NCBI GenBank assembly: GCA_043821285.1
Contig: JBDRCZ010000017.1
Coordinates: 15,947 to 79,946 of the forward strand
Reading direction: 5' to 3'
Length of the DNA: 64,000 nucleotides
Source of the DNA: Candidatus Omnitrophota bacterium
GTDB lineage: Bacteria; Omnitrophota; Gorgyraeia; B26-G9; JBDRCZ01
The notes below the pieces were generated by a model. That model made no database searches and was not told where the DNA came from. It was given only the letters and a program-made list of their open reading frames with translations. The position numbers were made by a program, and so were the translations under genes. Shown here piece by piece: positions 10,501-20,041 of this stretch (the stretch's first letter is position 1; each line of letters starts with the position of its first letter).

Positions 10501-10969
10501 TAAGTTTACGGTGACAAAAAGAAAACAGGAAAAAATGGCAGTAATTAAACTGGAAAATCTTGACGGAGCTATCGAAGTAGTGATTTTTCCGGAAACGTTT
10601 AAAAAGGTACAAAATAATGTTCGTGCAGACGCAATAGTATTTGTTAAAGGTAACGTAAACGTTCAGGAGGGATTACGTCCGAAAATCATTGCCCGTGATT
10701 TAATTCCGCTGGAAGATGTATCTTCTTCTCTTACTCAGTCAATAAGTTTACAGGTCGACCGGATAAACCATGAGGAATGTTTAATAAAAATAAAAAACAT
10801 TGTTAGAAATCATCCGGGAAAAGTACCCCTTTATTTAAATTTCAACAGTAGTGTACGCACCCCAACACAAATACTTACGGGAATGAAAGTTAAACCGACG
10901 GAAAAGCTGCTCAATGAGTTAGAAGACCTCATCGGAGCAGATAATATAAAATTCGAGCTCTCTCAATAA
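7529..10969 (+). CDS. dnaE: DNA polymerase III alpha subunit
   Basis: PHP domain FVHLHVHTQYSLLDGA, 1146 aa, polymerase core motifs (GSAAGS, DIDIDF). Confidence 0.93.
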   Translation: MKHSDFVHLHVHTQYSLLDGACMIDNLVDQAYQLKMPALAMTDHGNMFGTIEFYQAAMNKGVKPIIGCEVYIAPESRLKKTSKAGRDTAYHLLLLAKDEQGYKNLMKLVSIGYLEGFYYKPRIDKEILGKYAKGLIGLSSCLKGEIPVLIASGLIEQAKKTTAEFIDIFGKDDFYLELQDSGITQQRTVNRHLLEFARQFEILPVATNDVHYLLKEHAQAHEILLCIQTQTTLADPGHMRFQTEEFYLKNPQEMHSLFSDVPQALRNTLAITEKCNLELDFSKVYLPKYKVPDGKKPEIYLSELCHHNLKTRYPEPTEIICNRLMHELKVIKDLGYASYFLIVWDFINFAKQKSIPVGPGRGSAAGSIVSYLLGITDIDPLKYDLLFERFLNPERISLPDIDIDFCYERREEVIKYVTEVYGKENVAQIITFGTMAAKGVIRDVARVMGLPYVDADRIAKLVPYDINITLQDAINNVSELTNLYKTDPTIRQLLDTSLSLEGLTRHASTHAAGVVISSDRLTEHVPLFKPNDAGQISTGYPMGALEKIGLLKMDFLGLKTLTVIDQTLKILKRTGNLELIIEHIPPDDKKTYQMLSEGNSTGVFQLESSGMREILRKLRPEMFEDLIAILALYRPGPLGSGMVDDFIKRKHNKTKIKYDHKLLEPILKDTYGIIIYQEQVMRIVNILAGFTLSQADTIRRAMSKKIPEVIDQLRNSFIEGAVKRNINKRIAEKIFNLIEYFAGYGFNKSHSAAYAQISYYTAYLKANYPVEFMAALLTSEKDNTDKIALYIDELKRMNIKILPPDINESFGKFTVVGGAIRFGLSAVKNVGIVAVDAIVRSRIEKGAFTSLYDFSERVDLRTVNRKVIESLIKCGAFDSFKKSRACLITSIDNALEVATSMQKDKQNGQLTFIDNFGYSLFNKKENDNIEVKEWPQGQLLSFEKEMLGLYITGHPLAQYAKILSKFNHCSLKNIAEFNNNDVMLGGLIVKVKFTVTKRKQEKMAVIKLENLDGAIEVVIFPETFKKVQNNVRADAIVFVKGNVNVQEGLRPKIIARDLIPLEDVSSSLTQSISLQVDRINHEECLIKIKNIVRNHPGKVPLYLNFNSSVRTPTQILTGMKVKPTEKLLNELEDLIGADNIKFELSQ

Positions 10970-11338
10970 AAAATTTCTTTTACGAGAAATTTTTTATGTA
11001 TTTTTTACTAAAACCTGTGTTCAAAAGGGCTTGACCAAGTTAGTAAAATCTGCGATCATCCTGTGTTATTGTGTTATTTAGTTTGACAAATTAACAGTAA
11101 TAACTTATTATAGTTATTGCTGAAAAACCCCAGCAATGACTTGATTACAGTGATATTCGTCCTTTACCTTTGCTGAAAGGTCATTGCTTGAACTAATGCC
11201 AAGTTACATCAAGGGAAAAAGCTGCAGCACTTAGAGAAAGCTTGAAAACCGTAGGTTCTAATATCACAAGCTGGACGAGTCAAAAGCAAGCATGATAAAG
11301 AATAATTTGACTCGTCCAGTTTGAAAAAAACTACGATT

Positions 11339-12718
11339 ATGAGAATTGAAAGTAGAAAATCTACGCGGCTCCGTACGCGCTTACGAATTAAATATCAGAT
11401 TGTTGCCAGTGACGACAGTTTATCAGGTCCAGTATATACAACTAACCGTGATATAAGCGCAAGCGGGATGCTGTTTGAAAGCCCGCGATTAATACCAATT
11501 GATACAGAACTTTACATAACTTTTAATATCCCGGGAATTGATCATCCCTCCCATGTTAAAGGAAGAGTTATCCGCATTGAAGAAAAAGAATTGGGTAAAT
11601 GGTTTTTAATTGGGGTAATTTTTACGGAAATAACGGATGATAATAAAAATGAGATAATCCGCCGCATCGAATTAATGGATATAATGCGGTTATTGCAGGT
11701 TACACATCAACGGCATGCCTCAGATTTACATTTAACTTATAATCGGCCGCCAATCTTGAGAATACATGGAAATTTAAAATTACTGGAGATGGAACCATTA
11801 GATTGTGATGATTTAAAAAACATGATCTATAGTATAATGACAGATGATCATATAGACAGATTTGAAAAACTTAAAGAATTAGATTTTGCATTTTCCCCTA
11901 ATCCGGAACTGCGTTTTCGCGTTAATGTACATCAGCAGCGCGGTAATATTGAAGCAGCTTTTAGAGCGATTATGCCAGAAATACGCTCGATCAGAGAATT
12001 AGGACTGCCATCGGTAGTTGAAAATTTAGCCAGAAAAAAGAAGGGAATTATTGTAATTGCCGGAGCAACCGGAACGGGAAAAACAACAACCTTAGCATCA
12101 ATGGTTGACTTAATTAACAAAGAAAGAGAAACAGTAATAATTTGCCTGGAAGACCCGATTGAATATGTGCATACTAATATTAATAGCATTGTTAAGCAAA
12201 GAGAAATCGGAACCGATACCCTGTCTTTTGCCGGCGCCCTAAAACAAGCGCTACGGCAGGACCCTGATGTGATTATGATTGGAGAGATGTTAGATGCCTC
12301 AACGGTTCGTACCGCAATAACCGCCGCAGAAACCGGGCATTTGGTAATTACTTCTTTGCATGCACCGGATACGGTACAGGCAATTGATCGATTAATTAAT
12401 ATCTTTCCGCCGCAGCAGAAACATCAATTCAGTTTTCAACTCTCTAATTGCCTCGAAGGAATTATTACCCAACTTTTACTCCCGCGTCGGGACAGGGAAG
12501 GCCGGGTGGTAGCAACCGAGGTTATGACGATTACAGATGCTGTGCGCAATCTAATCCGCGATTGTAATACCGTACAAATTCCTTCTGTTATCCAAACCGG
12601 GGCAAAATATATGATGCATACAATGGCCGAATCCATAAAAAGATTGTATGAAAATGGGTTGATTACCAAACGTGTGGCAATTGACCATTGTCCTGAACTT
12701 GAAGAAATTTTATCTTGA
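11339..12718 (+). CDS. pilT: type IV pilus retraction ATPase PilT/PilU family with N-terminal PilZ domain
   Basis: N-term RxxxR (RKSTRLRTR) + DISASGM PilZ signature; Walker A GATGTGKTTTL; PilT His-box ITSLHAPD. ATG 11339 preferred over TTG 11321. Confidence 0.8.
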   Translation: MRIESRKSTRLRTRLRIKYQIVASDDSLSGPVYTTNRDISASGMLFESPRLIPIDTELYITFNIPGIDHPSHVKGRVIRIEEKELGKWFLIGVIFTEITDDNKNEIIRRIELMDIMRLLQVTHQRHASDLHLTYNRPPILRIHGNLKLLEMEPLDCDDLKNMIYSIMTDDHIDRFEKLKELDFAFSPNPELRFRVNVHQQRGNIEAAFRAIMPEIRSIRELGLPSVVENLARKKKGIIVIAGATGTGKTTTLASMVDLINKERETVIICLEDPIEYVHTNINSIVKQREIGTDTLSFAGALKQALRQDPDVIMIGEMLDASTVRTAITAAETGHLVITSLHAPDTVQAIDRLINIFPPQQKHQFSFQLSNCLEGIITQLLLPRRDREGRVVATEVMTITDAVRNLIRDCNTVQIPSVIQTGAKYMMHTMAESIKRLYENGLITKRVAIDHCPELEEILS

Positions 12719-12773
12719 CATATATAATTTTATTATGATATATTAATATAACAACTAATAAAATCAAAAGTTT

Positions 12774-13262
12774 ATGATAAGTAAAGCGCTAGAAAATAAA
12801 ATCCAGGCAGTAGAAGAATATTTGGAATTGTGGCTGCGTTTTCACGACTTGTATAAAGAAGTTACACAAACGCAGGTAGTTAACCCCACTAAAGAAAAAG
12901 AATTTATGGATTTAAAAAGCTTGCTAACCCGTAAATATCAGGGACTGTTGGATACTTTAAATATACAATTAACTACGGAAGACCGCACTTTTGATGTTGT
13001 ATCACAACTCCTTTCTTTAAAAGATGTTATAAATATTTCCGAACTGCAAATGCAGAAAATTGAAACAGAATGGCATAATTCATATATTTCCTTAAATAAG
13101 ATGCTCGGGTCATTAGAAAATAGAAAAACAGAACTTGCCAATATAAGCCATGTAAAAGTAATTATTAACAAAATATTTTCTGGCCCATTGGTTTCGTTAT
13201 TATCGGTAATTATTGCCATTATTATCTTTTACTTGATTTATACAAAATTTTTTAATTACTAA
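12774..13262 (+). CDS. hypothetical coiled-coil protein with C-terminal TM anchor
   Basis: ORF only; hydrophobic C-terminus LVSLLSVIIAIIIFYLIY. Confidence 0.3.
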   Translation: MISKALENKIQAVEEYLELWLRFHDLYKEVTQTQVVNPTKEKEFMDLKSLLTRKYQGLLDTLNIQLTTEDRTFDVVSQLLSLKDVINISELQMQKIETEWHNSYISLNKMLGSLENRKTELANISHVKVIINKIFSGPLVSLLSVIIAIIIFYLIYTKFFNY

Positions 13263-13382
13263 TGGAGAACCACGAGTATAACCCGTGATTTATCCATATT
13301 CAAAAAATGTTTCGCATTTTTGGGTTAGCTTAACCAATAATTATACAGTAGCAAAAAATACAAGAAAGGAGGCGGGTAATCT

Positions 13383-13655
13383 ATGACAAAAAAAGATATT
13401 GTGATAAAAATCTCGAATGAAACAAAAATAAAACAGCTGGAAGTAAAAAGGGTTGTGCAGAAAATACTTGATGTGATTATTGAAAGTTTAGTAAACGGGC
13501 AAACAGTTGAACTGCGAAATTTTGGCGTTTTTAAGGTAAAGTCCCGCAGAGGACGCACGGGCAGAAATCCGCGTACTGGTGAAGTAGTACCGGTTCCGCC
13601 AAAAAAGATTGCGGTGTTCAAACCCGGGCTGGAAATGAAAAAACAGGTAAAATAA
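13383..13655 (+). CDS. HU/IHF-family DNA-binding protein
   Basis: GRNPRTGE arm motif, 90 aa, SD AAGGAGG upstream. Confidence 0.85.
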   Translation: MTKKDIVIKISNETKIKQLEVKRVVQKILDVIIESLVNGQTVELRNFGVFKVKSRRGRTGRNPRTGEVVPVPPKKIAVFKPGLEMKKQVK

Positions 13656-13770
13656 ATACGCGATATCGAATTACTATTTATTTATCAATAGGTTAAGATA
13701 AAAGATATTCGTAAAATATAAGAACCCCAATGCATTAATTGGTATGGCAATGGGGTATTTTTCTAATTAA

Positions 13771-15063
13771 ATGAAGGAAATTAAGCGGTTAAAAGGTATC
13801 AATGATATATTGCCAGGGGAGGCCGTTGCCTGGCAGTTTATAGAAGATAATGCCCGTACTATTTTTGAGCATTATGGATATGAACAAATCCGCCTGCCGC
13901 TCATTGAATATTTGGATTTATTTACCCGCAGTATTGGCGAAACTGCAGATATTGTCCAGAAGGAAATGTATCGCTTTACAGATCGTGCCGGTAGAGTTAT
14001 TGCCCTGCGGCCGGAAGCAACTGCGGGTGTAGTCCGGGCATATATAGAAAATGATCTAAAACGGGAAGGATTAAAAAAATTATACTATAGCGGAGCAATG
14101 TTTCGCGGAGAAAATCCTCAAGCCGGCAGATATCGTCAGTTTCATCAAATCGGGGTAGAGGCAATTGGGTCATCTAGTCCATATCTTGACTGTGAAATTA
14201 TTGTCATGCTGGATAACTTTTTGCAAAAAAATACCCTGACAAATTATGAAATCATTTTGAATAATGTTGGCTGTTTACAAGATCGAGAGAAATTTTCAAA
14301 GCATTTAAAACAGATTCTTAATCCACAAATTGATCTTCTTTGCATAGATTGTAGAGTCCGTCTTACAAAAAATCCCTTGCGAATTTTCGATTGTAAAAAT
14401 GCGCCGTGCAAAAAATTGCTGCAAAACCTGCCGAAAATTTCTGAAAATATCTGCCCTGACTGTGCCGCACATTTTACAACTGTTACAAAACTTTTGACAG
14501 ATTTAAATATTCGATATATTATTGACCATAATCTTGTAAGAGGATTAGATTATTATACAAAAACCGTGTTTGAAATTACCCATAAAGAATTAAGCGCACA
14601 AAATGCAATATGTGCCGGAGGACGTTACGATAATCTCATCGCAGAACTTGGCGGGACAGCAACTGGCGCATGCGGCTTTGCCCTTGGGGTTGAAAGATTG
14701 ATTATCGCACTTAAAAATACCGGTTTTGGTAAGTTAACGTACAATTATCCCAAAGTATATATTGCCACCTTAGGTGATCAGACAGTAAATGAAGGATTTA
14801 ATATCTGGCATGCCTTACATCAGGAAACTATTTCTACGACAATAAATTATGAAGGAAAATCATTAAAAGCTAAATTACGGCTGGCAAATAAACAAAATGC
14901 ATTATTGGTAATTATTCTTGGGGAAAATGAAATGTCCGCGGGAACCGTCATGGTAAAAGATATGCATACTAAATCACAAGATGTTGTTGCACGGGAAAAT
15001 CTTGTTTCTTATATAAAGGATCGTCTGAATATCCCCCCAATTTGCCGCAGTACTGGTGGATAA
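13771..15063 (+). CDS. hisS: histidyl-tRNA synthetase
   Basis: Class II motifs (RPEATAGVVRA; RYRQFHQIGVE), anticodon-binding C-terminus. Contains a Cys-rich insertion. Confidence 0.9.
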   Translation: MKEIKRLKGINDILPGEAVAWQFIEDNARTIFEHYGYEQIRLPLIEYLDLFTRSIGETADIVQKEMYRFTDRAGRVIALRPEATAGVVRAYIENDLKREGLKKLYYSGAMFRGENPQAGRYRQFHQIGVEAIGSSSPYLDCEIIVMLDNFLQKNTLTNYEIILNNVGCLQDREKFSKHLKQILNPQIDLLCIDCRVRLTKNPLRIFDCKNAPCKKLLQNLPKISENICPDCAAHFTTVTKLLTDLNIRYIIDHNLVRGLDYYTKTVFEITHKELSAQNAICAGGRYDNLIAELGGTATGACGFALGVERLIIALKNTGFGKLTYNYPKVYIATLGDQTVNEGFNIWHALHQETISTTINYEGKSLKAKLRLANKQNALLVIILGENEMSAGTVMVKDMHTKSQDVVARENLVSYIKDRLNIPPICRSTGG

Positions 15064-15111
15064 GACCGGGGATAAATTCTCTTCGCCAAAAAGCATAGCC
15101 GGTTATTAAAA

Positions 15112-16263
15112 ATGTTAAGTATCGATAAAATTTATAATATAGAAGAGTTGACGTTAGCGCCCTATGCGATGAAATCGAAAGACAGTCGCGGCCGGGGACA
15201 TAAGGAAAAAGAGCATGCCTACCGGAGTATTTATCAACGGGACCGAGACAGAATTGTCTATTCTACGGCATTTCGACGTTTACAGTATAAAACCCAGGTT
15301 TTTGTTAATTATGAAGGGGATCATTACCGTACACGCTTAACCCATACATTGGAAGTTGCTCAAATTGCAAGATCAATTGCCCGGGCACTACAATTAAACC
15401 AGGATTTAACCGAGGCGATTGCCATGGCACACGATATCGGGCACACGCCGTTTGGTCATGCTGGTGAAGCAGAGCTTCACGAATTAATGAAAGATCATCG
15501 CGGGTTTGAACACAACCGGCAAGGATTAAGAATCGTCGATCTGCTGGAAAAAAAATATCCAAACTTTACGGGACTAAACCTTACATGGGAAGTGCGTGAG
15601 GGGATAATAAAACACCAGACATTATATGACCGGCCGGAAGCAAAAGAATTTGAACCAAACAAGTTTCCTACACTCGAAACGCAAGTGGTCAATTGTGCAG
15701 ACGAAATTGCATATGACAATCATGATTTGGATGATGGGCTGCGCAGTGGTTTGATTTCGATTGCGGAGCTTAAAGATATCAGTCTCTATAAAGACATGTC
15801 AATGCAAATGAAGAATAACGATTTTGATGGTTCTTCGGATATATACCGGCATCAATTGGTACGTAATTTAATAGATTTTCAAATAAATAATCTCCTAATT
15901 TATTCTGAAAAAATATTAAAAGAACTAAAAATAAAATCTGTTTTAGATGTACGAAATGCAAAAAAAACATTAATTACTTTTACTCCGAATATGCTAAGTA
16001 AAAGAAAATATTTACAATCTTTTCTCATGGAAAAACTTTATAAAAATTATAAAGTAATGCGCATGTCTGATAAAGCGCGGCGTTTTATAAATCAGTTGTT
16101 TAAGGTGTATCTTGCAAAACCAAAACAACTCCCGCCAACTGTTCAGCAATGGATTAAGGCAGAATCAAAATACAGAGCAATATGTGACTATATTGCCGGA
16201 ATGACTGACCGTTATGCCCTTGATGAATACAAAAAGCTTTTTACCCCTTACGAGCGTGTCTGA
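15112..16263 (+). CDS. dgt: dGTPase-like triphosphohydrolase (HD domain)
   Basis: RTRLTHTLEVAQI...MAHDIGHTPFGHAGE. Confidence 0.85.
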   Translation: MLSIDKIYNIEELTLAPYAMKSKDSRGRGHKEKEHAYRSIYQRDRDRIVYSTAFRRLQYKTQVFVNYEGDHYRTRLTHTLEVAQIARSIARALQLNQDLTEAIAMAHDIGHTPFGHAGEAELHELMKDHRGFEHNRQGLRIVDLLEKKYPNFTGLNLTWEVREGIIKHQTLYDRPEAKEFEPNKFPTLETQVVNCADEIAYDNHDLDDGLRSGLISIAELKDISLYKDMSMQMKNNDFDGSSDIYRHQLVRNLIDFQINNLLIYSEKILKELKIKSVLDVRNAKKTLITFTPNMLSKRKYLQSFLMEKLYKNYKVMRMSDKARRFINQLFKVYLAKPKQLPPTVQQWIKAESKYRAICDYIAGMTDRYALDEYKKLFTPYERV

Positions 16264-16525
16264 TACACAGATGATCAGGAATAATGCGTGAAAACACTAT
16301 TTTTAATAGCCTTTTCAGACGACAACTGTGTAAAAGTTTTTAGCAAAAGTGTAGAATTTATCGAAACTTGATTTTTTGCATGCTCTTAAATGCAAAGGCT
16401 GATGAAACAGGGAAAGATAAAGCCACGGATTAACACTGATTGCACTCGGATAAAAAAAGACGAGGCCTAAATATTAAATTCACGTATTATTCAGGATAAT
16501 CTGTGTTTTAAGTGGTTTAAAGGGC

Positions 16526-16554
16526 TTGACAAAATATATTGCAAGTGTTAATAT
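16526..16554 (+). promoter_or_regulatory. sigma70-like promoter (TTGACA-17-TAATAT) upstream of PilZ/HD-GYP genes
   Basis: Consensus -35 and near-consensus -10 with 17-bp spacer, ~185 nt upstream of the 16739 start. Confidence 0.35.
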
Positions 16555-16738
16555 TAAAATATGAAGTATAAGTTGTAATTAAAGATTTAAAAAGTGTGTT
16601 GTATTCAAAAAAGGGGGATAAATTTCCCGTAAAAGGAACAGGGCGGATCATCAAAGAAGTGCGCGTGATATCCGCCTAACAAACTGGCGGATTAAATTCC
16701 CCGCCAAAAGACATGGCGGGTCATTTAAAGGAGGGGGA

Positions 16739-17125
16739 ATGAAAAAGGGAGGACCAATTGCAGAAAAACGGAAGTTTAACCGTATTATCACCGCGGATGT
16801 TGCTGTAAGCTATAAGCTGTATAATACACAAACACTTCCCATGTATCAAGAAATGATCGAAGAAGATGCAAGAAATATAAGTTTAGGTGGTATTGCATTT
16901 AAAACCCATGCGTTACTGCCTGTTGATACACCAATTGGTTTAACTATTCGTTTTGGAAAAACAGCTCCAATAAAAACTTTTGGCCGTGTTGCATGGATAA
17001 GTCAATCAGAAGGATTATCTCAATATAATGTGGGAATTCGTTTTTCCTGGTGGGTGTCAAATGAAGATCGGAAAATCCTGAACAACTATATTGACAAACA
17101 ATTGCCACCAGGAAGTTCAAACTAA
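16739..17125 (+). CDS. PilZ-domain c-di-GMP receptor protein
   Basis: RKFNRI (RxxxR) and NISLGGIAF (D/NxSxGG). Confidence 0.65.
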   Translation: MKKGGPIAEKRKFNRIITADVAVSYKLYNTQTLPMYQEMIEEDARNISLGGIAFKTHALLPVDTPIGLTIRFGKTAPIKTFGRVAWISQSEGLSQYNVGIRFSWWVSNEDRKILNNYIDKQLPPGSSN

Positions 17126-18621
17126 TGAGAAATAAATATCAGGAAGAATTATTTAATAAAATCTTTGAATTAAGTGAATGGAAAAAGACACAGCAGCTTA
17201 TTACAACCTATCTTGGTAAAGAAGGAAGATGGTGGTTCATTCCCAAGATTAGCAGAAAAACCCTATATTTGCTTAAAAATACGGTCTGTGTTCGCCAGCG
17301 GATTGCGAGTTGTATCACCAGATGGCTGCGATACCTGCAAACTGCAAAACGTAAACATACCCCGGTAATATTCACTTGTAACAATAGATATGTTTACTGT
17401 TTCCCCTTATGCCGCGGAGATAAATTATATGGCTACGTGGGCACTTGTAATGTCCGAGCAAAGATTTCAGACAATCTTCTCGAGTTTTTTGATCTACTTA
17501 TAAAAACAATCATTGAAAATGCACAAAAAGAGTTGGAACTTTCAAAGTTGTACGAAACAATTCGTCCGCGGGCAATTGCCCTTTCAACGATACATACGGT
17601 AAATCGTATTATCAGCGCAAATCTTGACCTGGATAATTTATTACCGCGTATTGCTAGATTAACTCTGCAGGTTATTAAGGCACAACGTTGTTCGATAATG
17701 TTACTGGATTCAGATAAAGATCAATTACGTCCGATGGCCGTTATTGATCTAAAACAAAAAATAGTAGATCTAAACAAAAAAGTTTTTTTAAAGAAGGGAT
17801 TGCCGGCAAAGGTTGTTCGAACGGGTAGGGCGATATTTAAAAATCAATATATATCAATTCCCATGGTCAGTGACGAAAAAATCATTGGGGTGATAACTGT
17901 TTCTAACAACATTAATAAAAAATCATTTAATTTGTTTGACTTTGAAATACTTTCAACCCTCACCGAACAAGCAGTTATTGCGATAAAAAATGCCAAACTT
18001 CATACGAAACAAAAAGAGATAACCTATGGCAGTATTAAAGCGCTGGCATCAGTTTTAGATATTGGCATGAATGATCGTTCAACTTCACCCGCGATTTTTA
18101 TAAATGTTACTATAGCAATCGCCCGGGAGCTAAGAATGCCAGAATCGGAAATGAAAATTTTGTATTTTGCATCTATGCTGCATCATGCCGGAAAAACAAG
18201 TATCCCGGAAAAAATAATCAAAAAAAGATCGCCGCTTACGGGGAAGGAACTGAACATTATAAAAAAACATCCTATTGTTGGCGCACAGATTATCCAGCCG
18301 TTAGACGACTTAGAGCCAGTGATCCCGATTATTTTACACCACCATGAACGCTATGACGGTACCGGATACCCGCAGGGATTAAAACAGAATGAAATCCCAT
18401 TTGGTGCAAGAATAATGTCGATTGCAGATTCTTTTGAAGCAATGATTTCAAAACGTCCATATCGTAAACCCATGACGGTTAAGCAGGCAATGTTGGAAAT
18501 CACCAGACATAGCGGAACACAGTTTGATCCGCAAGTGGTCGATGCATTTTGCCATGTTATTAAAAGAACCAATTACAAAAAAATATTATACAACGAGAAG
18601 TATTTTCAGAATTTTCTATAA
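17125..18621 (+). CDS. GAF-domain / HD-GYP c-di-GMP phosphodiesterase
   Basis: HHERYDGTGYPQGL HD-GYP signature; GAF-like region upstream; start overlaps preceding stop (TAATG). Confidence 0.85.
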   Translation: MRNKYQEELFNKIFELSEWKKTQQLITTYLGKEGRWWFIPKISRKTLYLLKNTVCVRQRIASCITRWLRYLQTAKRKHTPVIFTCNNRYVYCFPLCRGDKLYGYVGTCNVRAKISDNLLEFFDLLIKTIIENAQKELELSKLYETIRPRAIALSTIHTVNRIISANLDLDNLLPRIARLTLQVIKAQRCSIMLLDSDKDQLRPMAVIDLKQKIVDLNKKVFLKKGLPAKVVRTGRAIFKNQYISIPMVSDEKIIGVITVSNNINKKSFNLFDFEILSTLTEQAVIAIKNAKLHTKQKEITYGSIKALASVLDIGMNDRSTSPAIFINVTIAIARELRMPESEMKILYFASMLHHAGKTSIPEKIIKKRSPLTGKELNIIKKHPIVGAQIIQPLDDLEPVIPIILHHHERYDGTGYPQGLKQNEIPFGARIMSIADSFEAMISKRPYRKPMTVKQAMLEITRHSGTQFDPQVVDAFCHVIKRTNYKKILYNEKYFQNFL

Positions 18622-18910
18622 GGACTTGTACGCCAATTATATCAATCGGCAAAAAAAATTTTTGGTGCTACCAGCTTGACATAATACCCTGCAGTTTTGC
18701 TGAGTGATAGTTAAGCTGAAGGAAATTTTTTATATCTATTTTAATGTTTTATTAAAAGCCTTATTATGATATACTAATAATCCGGGCATAAAAAGGGTAA
18801 TTAAATTGAGTGAGAATTAGAAAAACTTATTCCCAGATGCTTTCTAATGAAAGCAAAACCGTGGAACAAAATTCCCGCGAAAAGGCATTGTGGGAATTTA
18901 GGAGATTAAG

Positions 18911-19534
18911 ATGCATTTTTGGAAAAATGAAATCCAGCCTGATTTGTTTAAAAATGTAGATTCCTCAAAAAAACAGGGACTACGTAATTTTATTTTTAGC
19001 AAAAAAATGGAGTTGACAATACAATATGATTCTATTGTTGTTTTAGTTATCAGTTTTTTAATGATTAATATTGTTGTATATACGTTAGGCGTAGAACGCG
19101 GCAAGAGAATGTCAGGTATTCCTGATTACATTGCTGATTTAAAACATATTGTAGAAAATAAAAAAGATAAAAAAAATATTAATTGCAATCCAACAACGGA
19201 GCAAAAGGAAGATGCTATAAATATAAAAACAACACAACCAGTAGAAAAGAAGAAAATAAAAACAATGCCGGCTGATTCGATTACGGTTAAACAATCCGAT
19301 ACCTGCTACTCAATACAGGTTGCAACATATTTGTCGGATAACTATGCGCGGACAGAAGAATTAAATTGGCGGAAAAACGGGCATAAAACGTTTATTATTA
19401 AAAAGGGGAAATATTACGTGCTTTGTATTGGTGATTTTATAAGTAAAAATGTTGCATCGAACGAGCTTAAAAATTTTAAAAAACGCTTCAAAGATTGTTT
19501 TATCAGAACGATAGCAAAAGAAGATGAAGTTTGA
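18911..19534 (+). CDS. membrane-anchored SPOR-like domain protein
   Basis: N-terminal TM; C-terminal YSIQVATY...YYVLCIGDF resembles SPOR fold sequence pattern. Confidence 0.4.
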   Translation: MHFWKNEIQPDLFKNVDSSKKQGLRNFIFSKKMELTIQYDSIVVLVISFLMINIVVYTLGVERGKRMSGIPDYIADLKHIVENKKDKKNINCNPTTEQKEDAINIKTTQPVEKKKIKTMPADSITVKQSDTCYSIQVATYLSDNYARTEELNWRKNGHKTFIIKKGKYYVLCIGDFISKNVASNELKNFKKRFKDCFIRTIAKEDEV

Positions 19535-19778
19535 TTAAAAGCATGCAGCATTGACCCTGCCGAGAGTATGGAAGGCGTATCCTTTTAAGTACAGTTGTGT
19601 CGCAAATAACAGTCTGGAAAATACATTGCATATTATGTGTTTAGCCGTGTTAGGAATTATTTTCATAGGTAATACTAATTAGGGTCTGATCGATAAAATT
19701 TATGTTTGTTGTAAAAGTTTCTGTATGCTCCGTTATTTTTTGGTTTTAGCACGTCTATGTTAGGAGGTGTAAACAGTT

Positions 19779-20033
19779 ATGTCTATTCATACGAGTTTAT
19801 CGGCAAAAAAAGGCAGTAAGCACCGTAGTGTGCTGAAAAGATATGAGCGGATTCAATGTTTAAAAAAGAAAGAAAAATGGACAGAAGAAACTTCGGCATA
19901 TAATCTGCCAAAGATTAAAAATATTAAGGTAAAGATAAAGAAGACAAAGACCGCGGCAGCAAAAACAGAAACACCGGCAGCTACTGCCTCTACGAAAGAA
20001 GGCAGCGGGGCAAAAGCAGCAGGCAAAAAATAG
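19779..20033 (+). CDS. small lysine-rich basic protein
   Basis: 84 aa, K/A-rich tail, SD GGAGGTG upstream. Confidence 0.4.
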   Translation: MSIHTSLSAKKGSKHRSVLKRYERIQCLKKKEKWTEETSAYNLPKIKNIKVKIKKTKTAAAKTETPAATASTKEGSGAKAAGKK

Positions 20034-20041
20034 CGGTTAAA

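Noticed and set aside
12938-13621. Minus-strand ORFs 12938..13219 and 13325..13621
   Set aside because: Antisense to the 12774..13262 gene and to the well-supported HU/IHF gene respectively; spurious.
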